Shown here piece after piece: positions 41,869-56,319 of a DNA stretch of 64,000 nucleotides. Positions within the stretch are counted from its first letter, which is position 1. Every line of letters begins with the position of its first letter. The position numbers were made by a program, and so were the translations under genes. The notes under the pieces are model-generated. The model was not told where the DNA came from. It worked only from the letters and a program-made list of their open reading frames with translations, and searched no databases. The stretch comes from Octopus sinensis (lineage: Eukaryota), in contig NC_043008.1 in the NCBI RefSeq assembly GCF_006345805.1, forward strand, positions 8,618,001-8,682,000, read 5' to 3'.

Positions 41869-42301
41869 ATTTTCAGAAATGTATAATTGCAAATGCGTAA
41901 AAGGATATAAAAGCATTGCATAAAGAATTATCTTAAAAATTGAAATAAGAATTAAAAATTAAAGATCAAAAGCTGTTGATGAGAATAAAATAAGTTGACA
42001 AATAGAAAAAATATACGCCAATATAAACGAAAGGGAGAGAAACAAAAGCGATAATTGACAGAGATGCTAAATAAATAAAAAGAAAACTTGAAGAGAGAGA
42101 AAATGAAGATGAGAAGAAAGGGAAATAGAAAGGCCAAGTGGAAAAGAAAGAAACTATAAAATATTTTGGTGTGGGATATATCGAATATTGTGTATTGATA
42201 AATCACTGTTGTGGTTGGGAAGTTGAAGTTTATGGTTCGGTAGAGAGAGCATAAAAGCACCATGTACAAACACTCTGGGGAAAGAATGAATGTAAAATAT
42301 A

Positions 42302-42403
<102 letters not shown>

Positions 42404-43175
42404 ATATATGTATATATATGCGCGTAAATGTATACATAAATGTAAATGGCATATGGATTTGTGCACACGAACACACAGACACACATACACACACTCCTGC
42501 ATATAAACATTAATATTCATACATCTTGAAATTCTGGTAAAATAATGCACATATATCAAAATAACGCCAACACACGCACATGCGCCACCGCACACACAGA
42601 CACACACACACGCATATATATATATATATATATATGTGTATGTATGTATGTATGTATATATATATATATATTGTGTGTGTGTGGGTGGGTTTTATTGTTG
42701 TTGTTGTTCTTATATATGTACATATTCATACATACATGTATACAGAAGGCTACATATGAATATATTCACATATGCACTCGCATTCAAACATATAAATATG
42801 CACAAAAAATATATACTCACATGCTCACAAAATAAGCATATACACTCGTGCGTATGGTGAAGTTCGTATATATACATGCAAATTAAATATGAATATCAAA
42901 AAAGCAATTGCTCAAAGAAGATGGGTGAAATTCACAAATATAATTTTATAACAAGAAAATTTAAAAAAAAAAGTCCTGAATATAGTAAAAAAAGAGATAA
43001 ATGAAACACAAAAGAAAATTACACAAAATAAGATAAAATGAAATGAAATGAATGAAACTTGAAAGGCCATCAGCAATACCTAATAGTATGAAATGTTTTT
43101 TGATTCAAACAAAAATTTGTCAGGAGATGGATTCATATATGTGCGTGTGTATATATACTTATATGTATATATACA

Positions 43176-43213
<38 letters not shown>

Positions 43214-43220
43214 TTACCTA

Positions 43221-43268
<48 letters not shown>

Positions 43269-43929
43269 ATATAATATGAATAATATATGTGTGTATATAT
43301 ATATGAATATATATATATACGCACACACACGCACAAAAAAATCGCACATATACCTCCCCACACAACGCCTCGTTCACAAACAAATGCACGCACACATACA
43401 CTCACACGCACACACATATACACACACGCACACTCACTCACACACGCACACACGCAAATGAACCCACAGAATTATACATGCATGACACGCACGCACATAC
43501 AAGCACATACACGTACATACACACAGAGTACATTGCATTTACTCCACAGAAACACCCCCTCACAACCTCACGCGTAAATATGCCCACACGTGCACACACA
43601 TACACACACACATATACGCAGGACACACAAATCACACACACTACATACACATACACGTACACACACACACTTCAAACTACCAGTTAAAAACGGTTCTCCT
43701 GACCATTCTCCTACGCACATGTGTAAGTAGACACACAACAGACAACCACTCCTACAAAAGTTCTTACTATAAGTTCTTCCTACGACCTTATGCGACACTA
43801 TTCCAACCACACACATACATAAACAGAAACAACCACATACACACACACACATGCATAAACGTGCTATCATTACACACAATCACACGCATATATACACACA
43901 TACCTCCTTCTCTTACACTCTACTGTTTT

Positions 43930-44171
43930 GAAAGAACTTTTTCTTCACCCATTTTCTTCCGGTCATTCAATATGTGACCGCGTGTGTATCGTTGGCGATT
44001 TTCTTTCTCCGTCTTCCCTTCTTTGGACTTTTTCTATAATTCTGATGAAGAGCTCCGTTTGAAACGTGAAATCCTTCTACATTTTTCTTCCTTTCCTAAG
44101 CGTCCAATAACACTCTGCTTATTCCACGTCCTCACGTTGTTGTTTTCTCTTGCTTATTCATGTTTGGATTG

Positions 44172-44172
<1 letters not shown>
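43930..44172 (+). mobile_element. Decayed short element with hammerhead core, ending at (TA)n
   Basis: CTGATGA-A-GAGC-TCC-GTTT-GAAA-CG-TG at 44042-44068 has a canonical core but eroded stem II and cleavage site. CTAAGCGTCCAATAA follows, like the other copies. The 5' boundary is approximate. Confidence 0.55.
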
Positions 44173-44212
<40 letters not shown>

Positions 44213-44459
44213 CAGGCTGTATCACAAGTCTCTAATTGGCCCGAAATGTCGCTTGTAAAATAATATCACACTAAGGGGGCTCTAGACGATTAATCTTTCT
44301 GTAAGCCCACATGCTCAGTCCCTCAGTGTATGGCCTTGTGTTTTCAAAAAGGGTTTCATTCCATTATAATACCTGTGTTTATAAAGGTAGAAAATTTCCT
44401 AATCTGACAGAGTTTTGATCTTTATCACAAGTCTCGAATTGGCGGAAGAGACTTGTCCA

Positions 44460-44835
44460 GGCTGCGAGCTGGCAGAATCGTTAGCACGCCGGACGAAATG
44501 CTTCGTCTGCCGCTACGTTCTGAGTTCAAATTCCGTCGAGGTCGACTTTGCCTTTCATCCTTTCGCGGTCGATTAAATAAGTACCAGTTACGCACTGGAA
44601 TAGATATAATAGACTTAATCCATTTGTCTGTCCTTGTTTGTCCTCTTTGTGTTTAGCCCCTTGTGAGTAGTAAAGAAATAGGTATTTCGTCTGTCTTTAC
44701 GTTCTGAAATCAAATTCAGCCGAGGTCGACTTTGCCTTTCATCCTATCAGAATCGATAAATAATGTACCAGTTGCTTACTGGGGTCGATCTAATCGACTG
44801 GCTCCCTCCCTAAAAATGTCGGGCCTTATGCCTAG
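44460..44835 (+). mobile_element. Two tandem tRNA-derived SINE family B copies, joined to an inverted family A head (44836-44922)
   Basis: GAGCTGGCAGAATCGTTAGCACGCCGG...GAGTTCAAATTCC..CGAGGTCGACTTTGCCTTTCATCCTTTCG.GGTCGA.TAAATAAGTACCAGTT; the central block occurs twice. It resembles conserved SINE central domains (Meta-type; assignment not verified). Confidence 0.85.
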
Positions 44836-45475
44836 AGTAGAAAAGAAGACACTCGTCAAGGTGCCATACAGTGGGACTGAAACCGGAACCATATGGCTAG
44901 GAAGCAAACTTCTAACCACCCATAAATTTTAATGACTTTTGTTTTGCCACTCTTTCTATCCTTTAAAAACAACATCCCTGTGAGTGACTCAGGTCTGCCA
45001 TATCTTCATTCTTGTTTTATGTATCAGATTTGCCAAAGCGATATGATTTTAATTAGACCTGTCCTACTGCATAATAATGATAGTATATCAGTGACATTGT
45101 TGTCATCTCTTGCGGCAGATGTTGCTTCTATAGACTTGATCTTGCTGCTTCCCACTGTTTTCTTTTATTTGCATGGATACTCACCATCAACAAAATTCTT
45201 CGTTTCGCATTCGTCACCAGGCGTAGTAAAACAATCCTGTCAATACTGTTTAAGAAAAACGCGTCAGTTTCTAGCCTGTGTATAGTACTCCGTTCTCACA
45301 TGTGACACCGTAAATGTCGCAGTGGGAAACGTATCGCAGATCACAGTGAGAAATATAGATGGCTCTTCTCATCTGAATAAAATTCTGGTTTACTTCTGAT
45401 CGTTGTTGCATGTAACATGATAGATCTGTGTGTATGCGTACGTACACACATACACTCGCTCACACACACACACTA

Positions 45476-45511
<36 letters not shown>

Positions 45512-46189
45512 ATGTATGATGTATGCTAATATGATTTCAATATGGAAGACAGATATTTACTTGTATTACTTACAACACATTTGTAGATATAACCTAAGCC
45601 ACCGGATACAAATCAAAACATCATCTCCAATAAAACGTATCGCATTCATTGCAATGAGTTCGCGTATTTTATGCTTCTTTCTCCGTGTTTACGTTTTAAA
45701 ACGTCGAATTAGCTCAAAACTCTGACAGTTTAGGAACATTTCTACCTTTGTAAATACGGATATTGTAATGGGATGAAACCCTTTTTGAAGACACAAGGCC
45801 GTGCACCAAGGGACTAAACATGTGTGTTTAAAGAAAGATTATTCGTCTAGCGTCCCCTTTGTATACTTCAATTTTACAAGCCACTTTTCATGATTTCCAT
45901 ACTTGATGTTCTTCAACTTTGATTTCGTTGCCTCGTGTGGTTCCCATCCCCAGAACGCCAACATTCAGATGCATTACAGATAGGAATACGCTTCCGTTTA
46001 TTGATCTCTCTTTGATGATAATTTGACACAACTCAATCATGAACAATGATGTACTTTTTTCTCTTTTTGCAGGTTTGTTTTTTTCCCTTCTAATGTGATA
46101 AATTCACGGTGGAGTTTCTGTATATATATATACGTACGTATGTATACATTTATGCGAATATATATATATATGTGTGTATATATATGTGC

Positions 46190-46268
<79 letters not shown>

Positions 46269-46419
46269 AAATATATAGATTGTATGTATATGTATATTTT
46301 TCAGAAATACCAAAATACACATGCATGTGTGAAGATCAAAACAAAACGTCATTTGGATACTCTAAATCAAGCATTATATATGTATATACATACATATATA
46401 TACCTATATATTATATATA

Positions 46420-46465
<46 letters not shown>

Positions 46466-46507
46466 TTATATACATATCTATTTACACAGAAATATATATA
46501 AAAATAC

Positions 46508-46538
<31 letters not shown>

Positions 46539-47021
46539 GTAAAGCATATACATACACACACACATACACATATATATATACATACGTGTATATAAACATA
46601 GACAAACGTATCCTCACACACAACATTGTGTATGTATGTATGTATGTATGGACGATGAATATATGTATGTGTCTCTGTATACAATGGCGTAAATTTGTCA
46701 GTGTGAACATGCGCGTTTATTTTCTGTCGTATCTACGTTCATAAAAGGAATCCATTTATTTACCACAATAATTCCCAGCGTAATACTTTGAAAATAAAAG
46801 AACCATTAATAGTTCAAGAGAGGCAGTGGCTGGATATGTTGCACTGGGATTCAATATACGAAAGCCTCGCTGCGCTGCACATTTCTAGAAAATATTCTAC
46901 CCTACTCTCGCGAGCTCGTGCGCACAAAGTCAAAAACACATATGCACACACATATCTATCTATCTAGCTAGCTAGCTTGCTGTCTATATATATATATATA
47001 TGTATGTATGTTTGTATATAC

Positions 47022-47084
<63 letters not shown>

Positions 47085-48475
47085 ATATATATTAATAATG
47101 CATGTATGTATATACCTATATTTAGATCGATAAATAGATAGCTATTTGTACATACATATGTTTATATATACGTATTAATATTTACGCCTATATATTTGTG
47201 GTGTGTGTATGTATTCAGTGTATATATGTCTCTCTCTCTCTCTCTCAGTTTTTCCACCATACTCACACATCTATCTTTACTTAGACTTTTATTTTGACTT
47301 TCAACAAGGATCAAATATATATGTATGTATAACCGAATAAATTTGTATCAAACGGTTGAACATAATTCTACGCTCGTGATAGTCAGGGAATAGTAAAATG
47401 TAATGTGCACACAGACACGCACACACGCACGCACACACGCACGCACACATACACACACACACAAATAATCTTTTATTTGTTATTTTCTTATGTGTTTCAG
47501 TCGAAAACCTGTGACTATGCAGGGGCGCCACCAGAGTTATGACCTTTTCAATAGCCAATCCGTTGTGACTGGATATTGGCGAAAGAAGGATTTCGATACT
47601 GCTGCCCTCTTTGGGGTTTCTTGCTACAATTCTATGGAAATCTTCAGACTACATTTTTACAGGCAAAACTTCTTTTTCTGCACTCTCTGCGTTTCATGGA
47701 CGTGTTTGAGTTCACTTTCAGTCTCATGCAATATTTGTCTCAGATTGTTCGCTATACTTTCGTAGCCCTCATAGACCGTTCGAGATTTTTGTGGTTCGTT
47801 TCCTATAACTGGGAATTATGTTCTTCTGTCGGTTTCACATTCTCTCTGGAGCAAACTTTCTGCATATGTAATAATTGCTATAAAATGCTTTCGCTTTATG
47901 CCAAATCCTGCATAGAGAGACAAATAGACCAGCCTTGTTTCATGACTTCTGTCTGAATGCCCTCACAATCAGATTTACGAAAGGCTAGGCTGCAAGTGAT
48001 ATGTATTCGTAATTATTCTCATTTTCTACTCTTATTAGAAGTTTCAGTTGTAGGATTCCGACGCAGCAGTGAATAACTTACGTCAATGAGAGCGTTTCTT
48101 GTGTTTTATACTCGGTTTGGTGTTCGGATTACAGTGCTACCGGATTTACATATAATGCAATCATGCATATAGATTTATAATCATTTATGTTTCAACTGTA
48201 TGTGTGTGTGTTTATATTTGTGTGAGCGGAAATATGTCATAAACGCAAGATGCACTTGATATCCTCTATCTCCTTTTATATCTTTGATATCCTATATCAC
48301 CATTATATTTAATCGCATCCTCTGCAGTGGTTGTTTCCACTACAACTGAATTCTGAAACACAAAAGAATAGGTATTCAAGAGAACAGTTTATTGCATTAA
48401 GCTTGCACACGCATAGCCGCACACACATACAAACAAACAAACATACACACACATATAAATGGTTAATTTCTGCAG

Positions 48476-48557
48476 ATCTTCTGCTCACCATGTTCTACTT
48501 GATCCACCCAAGAATGTAGTAGAATACACGGTCACATGTTGTTTGGAAGACATTAAG
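48476..48557 (+). CDS. Candidate internal exon (SSAHHVLLDPPKNVVEYTVTCCLEDIK), product unknown
   Basis: Acceptor GGTTAATTTCTGCAG, donor AAG/GTAATA, 82 nt with exactly one open frame and a protein-like composition. No homology recognised. Confidence 0.4.
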
Positions 48558-49007
48558 GTAATAAACTCGATATATTATGCCTTCTAGGTGATCAAGTGTA
48601 ACATTCAGCTGCATTGGTTCAATATTGGAAAGAATTATGTTAGATAAAAGTAAACGTGACTTAGAAGGAGAATTTGGAAAACAAAAAACAAATTAGATTA
48701 TTATGAAAATTCCTACTGTAAATATTGTAAAGTTGTTATTCAAGGTGTTTAGGTGTAATTATTATATTGTGTGTCAGTTTTCAAACTAACAAATTTCGTA
48801 TTCAAAAGACTTATCCTAATGACTATTTAAGTGTTCTCTTCGTATAACGCTTCAAGTAAACATTTCACAATTTAGCGAAAGTTATGCAATATGGGTTCAC
48901 ACATATCATATGCGTTTCTTTGCAGAGAAATTAACTGTTTTCAGATTACATAAACCATGTGAGTAAAGAGCTACACAATTCGCTTCACAACCACGTGTTA
49001 TACATTT

Positions 49008-49228
49008 TTACTGTTTTACTTGTTTCAGTCATTTGACTGCGACCATGCTGAAGCACCGCCTTTAGTCGCGCAAATCGACCCCAGGACATTCTTTGTAAGC
49101 CTAATACTTTTTCTATCGGTTTCTTTTGCTGAACCGCTAAGTTATGGGGACGTAAACACACCAGCATCGGTTGTCAAACCATGTTGGGGGTACAAATACA
49201 GACACACAAACATATATACACGCATACA
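49008..49228 (-). mobile_element. SINE family A, 3' half only, ending at the internal microsatellite
   Basis: Alignment to the other copies; the head half is absent. Confidence 0.85.
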
Positions 49229-49255
49229 TACTATATATATACATACATATATATA

Positions 49256-49295
<40 letters not shown>

Positions 49296-49302
<7 letters not shown>

Positions 49303-49548
49303 AATGTAGGATAACATTTTTTTCGAAAAAATAATTTTATTAATGGCCAGCATATTGAAAAATACGTTTAAAGGTTAAATTATAAACAACTTATAAAGAA
49401 GGACAAGCGAAATATTTTCTAATTAGAAATGTTTTCGTTTACCCTTATTTATAAGTTGTTTATAATTTAACATTTAAAGGTACTTTTAATATGCTGGCCA
49501 TTGATAAAAAATTTTTTTTGGAAAAAATTTTATCCTACATTAGATATA
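49296..49548. mobile_element. Imperfect palindromic (foldback/MITE-like) element, about 250 bp, in a (TA)n array
   Basis: ATATCTAATGTAGGATAA...AATGGCCAGCATATT.AAAA.TAC.TTTAAA.GTTAAATTATAAACAACTTATAAA is mirrored by TTTATAAGTTGTTTATAATTTAAC.TTTAAA.GTA.TTTTAATATGCTGGCCATT...TTATCCTACATTAGATAT. The centre is TTCTAA/TTAGAA at 49417-49428. Confidence 0.85.
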
Positions 49549-49733
49549 AATTTAATAGTGTTCACTTCCGGACTCTCCCACTCTGTGAGTGCCTCAGTTT
49601 AAATCGCATGTGTCTTGAAATGAGATGGAGTATTTCTATTTGGCATTTATTTGGGGCACTTAGTTGTGCTCGTGAGTTAGTGTTTGCTTCTTCCATGGGT
49701 ATGAGTAAGTATCTCATTTACTTCTTTGCCACA

Positions 49734-49791
49734 TGTATCACTGACGAAGGGAGGGTTCTTTTTTAACTAACCCTGAAATCGGTCCGATATG
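49734..49791 (+). ncRNA. Minimal type I hammerhead ribozyme motif with canonical core
   Basis: GTATCA-CTGACGA(49741-47)-stem II AGGG(AGGGTT)...(AA)CCCT-GAAA(49775-78)-TCGG-TC^(49784)-CGATAT. It has a GUC cleavage triplet, a self-complementary ATCGGT (G-U allowed) and one mismatch at the stem I base. Confidence 0.7.
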
Positions 49792-49890
49792 GTAATAGTG
49801 GAATTTTTTAGAGATTTCTGTAGGCCTTTTTTCGAGTAGCGTGCGTATTGGAAAATAAATATATGGTAAATGGGCAATATACACCAAAAA

Positions 49891-50123
49891 GGCAGTGAGC
49901 TGGCAGAATCGTTAGCACGCCGGGCGAAATACTTAGCGGTATTTCGACTGTCGCTACGTTCTGAATTCAAATTCCGCCGAGGTCGACTTTGCCTTTCATC
50001 CTTTCGGGGTCGATTAAATAAGTACCAGTTGCGCACTGGGGCCGATATAATCGACTTAATCCGTGTGTCTGTCCTTCTTTGTCCTCTCTGTGTTTAGCCC
50101 CTTGTGGGTAGTAAAGAAATAGG
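49891..50123 (+). mobile_element. tRNA-derived SINE family B, full-length
   Basis: GGCAGTGAGCTGGCAGAATCGTTAGCACGCCGGGCG...CCCCTTGTGGGTAGTAAAGAAATAGG; aligns to 44460-44683. Confidence 0.9.
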
Positions 50124-50540
50124 TATACACCATACCAACGAAATGACTCGTAATTGAAACTGGTTTCTTGGTGTTCAGAGCTAGTGTCAAAGACATTTCT
50201 AATCAATATCCTCGCCATTGTCCGTTTTCAAGTAATGCCTATATTCATTGGTACGTCTTCCAATCACACATTGATTTTCCAATTCCGCAATGCTTCGAAT
50301 AAGCCACAACACTCAATTATGTAAGTACGTATCTCTGAGAACATATAAGTGTGTGTGCTTGTCTGTGTGCCTGTGTGCGTACGTGTGTGTGTGTGTTTGT
50401 GTGTGTGTGTGTATGTGTGTGTATATTTATGTATGTGTTTGTGTGTATGCGTGTTGCGTGCGCGCGTGTGTTTATAAGTGTAGGTTTCTGTATATGTATA
50501 TCTATCTATCTATTTATCTCTCCCTCTCTCTCTCCCTCAC

Positions 50541-50609
<69 letters not shown>

Positions 50610-50631
50610 AAGATGGATAGATGGACAGACA

Positions 50632-50795
50632 GACATAGATAGATAGACAGATAGACAGACAGACAGAGAGACAGAGAGACCGACAGACTGACAGATAGAT
50701 AGATACATAGATAGGCAGACAGATAGACAGACAGACAGACATACATACAGACAGACAGACATACAGATAGACAGACAGACAGATAGCTAGCTCGC

Positions 50796-50864
<69 letters not shown>
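50632..50864. repeat. (GATA)n/(GACA)n compound microsatellite
   Basis: Read directly from the sequence. Confidence 0.95.
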
Positions 50865-50865
<1 letters not shown>

Positions 50866-51343
50866 TCAGCTGCTTGCAATATGCCTGTCTTTCTACCAAT
50901 ATATTTTTATTGTGTAATGAATAGTATTATTAGTGTGTAAATATGTAAGCAGGACTCACCTAATTTCTAAGAATGCACTTTTGGAAATTGGAATTCTATA
51001 AACAGGAATAATCTATAAAGTGGAAACCCAATTCTTCTGCCTTACATAAGATAACCTTAGAAATATATGGTGAGCATCTTCATCCATATATGACGCTCAT
51101 GCATTTCACTTTATTTTGTAAACAAATTTATTGAAAGATGGACACGTATATGCGTGTGTGAGCGCGTGAGCGCGCGTGTGTGTGTGGTGTGTGAATTTGT
51201 GTGTGTGTATGTTTCAATGTGTGTGTGTAGATAGTCAGGTTTTGATATTATTACATGAGTTGTTTCTTAAGCATACCATATAGTATGTAAAAGTGCATGC
51301 ACATATATATGCATATATATAATATATACATATATATAGAGAA

Positions 51344-51545
51344 CGCCATGTTGAATCGTTAGCTCCTGCACGCATTTTTTTTTTCTCTCCTTGTTTCCTT
51401 TCTGTGTATCTTTCTGTCGAAGAGCGTAGGCTCGAAACGTAAAAGACTTGTTTTATTTTCAATTCCTGAGCGCCATACTAATAGAATTGTTTGTTTGTAC
51501 TCCACGTGCCTTCGTCTTTTGTTTATTTTCGTAAACCTTCCCGTT
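51344..51545 (+). mobile_element. About 200-bp non-coding element with a minimal hammerhead motif (51409-51446), between microsatellites
   Basis: TCTTT-CTGTCGA-A-GAGC-GTAG-GCTC-GAAA-CG-TA^-AAAGA. It aligns over its whole length to 63027-63236. Confidence 0.8.
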
Positions 51546-53329
51546 ATATATATAGATAGATAGGTAGATAGATAGATAGATATGTGTGTATGTATGCATA
51601 CATACATATATATACATACACATGTATGTAAGTATATTACGTGTATCTCTGTTTCCATCTCTGTATATAACACGAAATTTTATTGTGTGGAGGTGAACAC
51701 GGAAACGAAATACGTCAGAGTAATATTTCACAACCCAGGCTCAAATTCCACTAATTACATTATTTCCAATATATGACTATCAATTGTAATATCAACTTAC
51801 AAATTAATATTAGCGATGCACTCTCTTTCTCTCCCGCCCCCCCTCTCTCTCTCTCTCTCTCTCTTAACTCAGAATACTAAGAGTTATAATTGAAGACCCA
51901 AATAGTTTTCCATTACATCAGCTTACTGTATTCCTTACATATTCAGTCAAAACCCACCAGGAATTTTAAGCAAATCAATCAAGAATTTCTCAAACATTAA
52001 AGTTTTAGTAACCAGCAGCTTGCTGTCTTACAGTTGGTCTCTGTAAATAATAGGGAATTGTAAAATTAACACATATTGTCATTTTGGATTTTTAGAACCA
52101 GCTGCAGGCAAGGTTTCGGAAAGGACAGAAAAATTTTTCTATTTCTTCTGAAAACTTCATAAACACAAATGTTTCCATAGAGTTACATTTTAGAGCCTCG
52201 TATCATGAGGCGGATAATGTGGAATGACGATTTTCATTTTGTTATTCCTTATCATCAAAAACTCTATTTTTATTCTTTTATGTTATTCCCGTCACTATTC
52301 CTTTATAACCGATATTTATAATTCTTCGTCATAGCATGAAATCTCCAAAATTGCCCTCTGGTATATGTAGATCTTTTTATGCGTCATTTTGAAAATTCAA
52401 AAAACAAACCGTATTATTTGTTTCAAACAATGCAAAAGCACGACTAGATGATGATGATATTATTTAAGCTATACTCAATGATATTCTGAAAACACTCGAA
52501 CTAAAACATGTCGCTTTTTTTTCCTAATTTACAGAAAATGATAAGCTGATCTGCAAGAAGAAATGTAAATGAACCTAATCATCATTTGAGTGATAGAAAT
52601 GTTCCGAGAAACTAGGAGATAAATAGAAGTGCAGAACATCTATAAAAATGAGTTAGGATGAAAGCAAGTGAGGATAGAGAATGGAAGTATAAATCGTAGT
52701 TGGAAGGATATATGGAGGGAGAGAATGTCGACTGTAATTAATAGGATGTAGAAGTGTGAAAAGAAAATCTAAGTTTGTAATAAAGAAGTAAGAAAGATAG
52801 CAACTTAGAACACTCGACAGATATAATGGAGAGAAGAGAATAAAATAGAAGAGAAGGAGATACAAGTGATATGGAATAAAGCATACTTCAAGAAGATGAA
52901 ATCACTATGCAAAATAATTTAAAGAAATTGGGGTGCTGAAAACTGACAAAGAATTATAAATATCGGTTATAAAGGAATAGTGACAGGAATAACATAAAAG
53001 AATAAAAATAGAGTTTTTGATGATAAGGAAAAACAAAATGAAAATCTTCATTACAGAGAGAGAGAGAGGGGGGTAAAAAAAAGAGAGAGAAAGACGAGAG
53101 GAGAAGAAGGAGTGAACCAAATATAGAGGTAACTTCAGAATGGATAAAAGTTGAAAAAGAGAGTCGGGCAAAGATCTAATACATAGACCGGTGCAGTAAA
53201 TTATTTATTAAAGAAATTGCTCAAAATAGGAATAAAATTTACGCCAATACATCCATCCATCCATCCATATATATTCATTTATTCATATATATATATTATT
53301 ATATATATTTATTTATTTCTATTTATATT

Positions 53330-53360
<31 letters not shown>

Positions 53361-54868
53361 TTATTTATATTTATATATATATACGTACATACATATAGAG
53401 AGTAAGAGAGAGATAAATACGTAGATAGAGATATCGGTTATACATATATATGTATGTATAAATATATATACGTGTATATATGTATGTATATTTCTCGATG
53501 TAAAAGAAGCATATTTAAAAAAAAAAAATCTCAAACGTAACAAACATTAATTAACAGATGGGAAGGTATAAGTTCTAGTTGATGTTTTGAAAATTGCTTG
53601 CTGAAAATGATATAAAAAGAAAAAAAGAACGAAAAAGTAGGAAACGCTCGCAATATCAATTTCATTCCATTAGCTCAACTTTATTTAGAAAATTCAGCTT
53701 TCGTAATTATAGCATAATTTCTTTAGAGCTGAGTTTAACCGAGTGCTTTTGGATGATGTTGAAAGTATTGCCTACTGAAAGAGAGTATGTCTTCAATATG
53801 GAAGATAATTTTATGTTATCCTATATTTATTTCGGTTTAATACTGAAATTTATTATATAATTTTCAAGCAAACGGAGATATAATACCGCACTCTCCCTAC
53901 AAATACCATACAAAATTGAAACACTGCGTTGTATCATCACATATATTTGACGATTGAATACAATTTCTACCTTCAAAAATGTATCAAACCATGAAGGTGA
54001 CATCAGATACGAATGATGAAAGGTAAATGTCAATATAGTAATTTATTGTGAAAAGCGATTATTTAACAGAATCAAGAAGGGTACCTTACAGACACTAGTT
54101 TTCGCCAGCCTTTTTCTTTTTCTCATTAACCTCCTGTCAGTTCTGCATTGCAATATTTGGATCGTAGACACTTTCATTCCGATTTAATCGACTTTTCGTC
54201 TTCCTTACCAAACAGAAGCGAGTCAGTTTACTTCTGGCCAAAATTTACCTGCCAGATGGCCTGTGAAATGACAAACGGTGGTTATAACATTAATCTACTT
54301 AATACTACATACCATAATATATGTGCTCGAATGTTACACTTCAAAGAATTTCAACTATGGAACGAAATCGGAAACATAATCTTTAGCACAATCACACAAG
54401 TTTAAGAGCAGCGTTTATAAACAATTTTTTATTGTAAAAGTAAATCGTTGTCATAATTAAACTATGTTGGTAAATAATATATTCATGCAATACAGAAATA
54501 CGAAGATTTTATGATTTTATGTGGTTCCCAGTAAACCTCGATATAGCACTTACTGCGTTTTGCCTTACTTAGTTATAAAGATAGTAGAAAACAATACACT
54601 ACCTGACCCTCAAAATGTCTTCTTTTTTATCCTAACGCTAATGGGTTTTCGATATATTATGGTGTACCTTTGCAAAGGGCGTATAGGCTCTTTATTCAGG
54701 TGAATGTTTTATGTAAGAAATGTGAAAAATATGTAGACTCTAGAATAGTGAACACTTGTGGGAAGCGGAGAAATTTAATGTCATTCATAGAAAATAGAAA
54801 CAGATTATATTACGAAAATATGGAAAGAACAAGAATCCGCATATCACGAATTCTCTCTTTCTCTTTCT

Positions 54869-55251
54869 TTTTACTTGTTTCAGTCATTTGACTGCGGCCA
54901 TGCTGGAGCACCGCCTTTAGTCGAGCAAATCGATCCCGGGACTTATTCTTTGTAAGCCCAGTACTTATTCTATCGGTCTCTTTTGCCGAACCGCTAAGTG
55001 ACGGGGACGTAAACACACCAGCATCGGTTGTCAAGGAATGCTAGGGGAACAAACACAGACACACAAACACATACATATATATATACATATATACGACAGG
55101 CTTCTTTCAGTTTCCGTCTACCAAATCCACACACAAGGCATTGGTCGGCCCGGGGCTGTAGCAGAAGACACGTGCCCAAGATGCCACGCAGTGGGACTGA
55201 ACCCGGAACCATGTGGTTGGTTAGCAAGCTACTTACCAAACAGCCACTCCT
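54869..55251 (-). mobile_element. tRNA-derived SINE family A, full-length
   Basis: Near-identical to 797-1197. Confidence 0.92.
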
Positions 55252-56063
55252 GCGCCTATTGTATATATTTATATTTATATATATATTTATATTATATTTA
55301 TATTATATATTTATATTGTATATATTTATAAAATATGTTTTTCCGGTGAAGCTTTTCTCCATTAATTTTTATAAGTTATTCCCTCGGTAATATAAATGCA
55401 AAACCATTCCATATTGTACATAGAAATGCCATGATTTATTCGTGCCCACATTTTTAGACCTCAGTATGAATTTATTTCAAAATGTGGTTTTAGGGTGTAA
55501 TACGTTTACACATTATGCGTTGTTATTCTGATGTAGATCTATATTTTCAATCCTGCTTTTGTTTGGGGTCAAATCTTACTATGCTTTCAACTTTTAAGTC
55601 ATGAAATCGTTCCAAAAGTTATTTGCTGTGAATATATTCATTAGTTATTTAATATTCTATTTTCATAACAGTTTTCAAACCGTAACCATTTACAAAGTTG
55701 AAACTATTTTCGTTTATTTTCATACGTAAAGATGGAATGATTGATTCATACTCTTGAATTAAACCCTGAAGGTTATTCTCGTCACATACATTTTTTTATA
55801 ATTAATGTTCCCAATTTGTGTTAAGAATTTCTCTTCTATTTTGTTTTCGGAATTCTTCTCTTTCCGGGAGAAAACTGATATTTGAATAGCGCAAAAGAAC
55901 GATAAAAAAACATGAAATTGGAAGCTTTAATAACATTAGGAGGAGACAATTATATAACAAATAAGAATATAATGCATATCTTTCTCCAAATGTTTTGAAT
56001 ACCATGCGTATGTGTTATATATACATATGTGTGTATGTATATATATATATATATATATAATAT

Positions 56064-56107
<44 letters not shown>

Positions 56108-56235
56108 GGTGGTATACATATATGTACATTCTTTATTTATTTATATATATACATGCGTATATATACATACAGACATGTATATATATAGAGAGAGACAGAC
56201 AGACAACAGGCAGAGACAGAGAGAAACAGAGAGAC

Positions 56236-56319
<84 letters not shown>

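Noticed and set aside
54249-54260. 12-nt microexon candidate on the minus strand (TTTCACAG/GCCATCTGGCAG/GTAAAT); similar ones near 17049 and 22534
   Set aside because: Splice-like words this close together occur by chance in AT-rich DNA; this needs RNA-seq junction reads.
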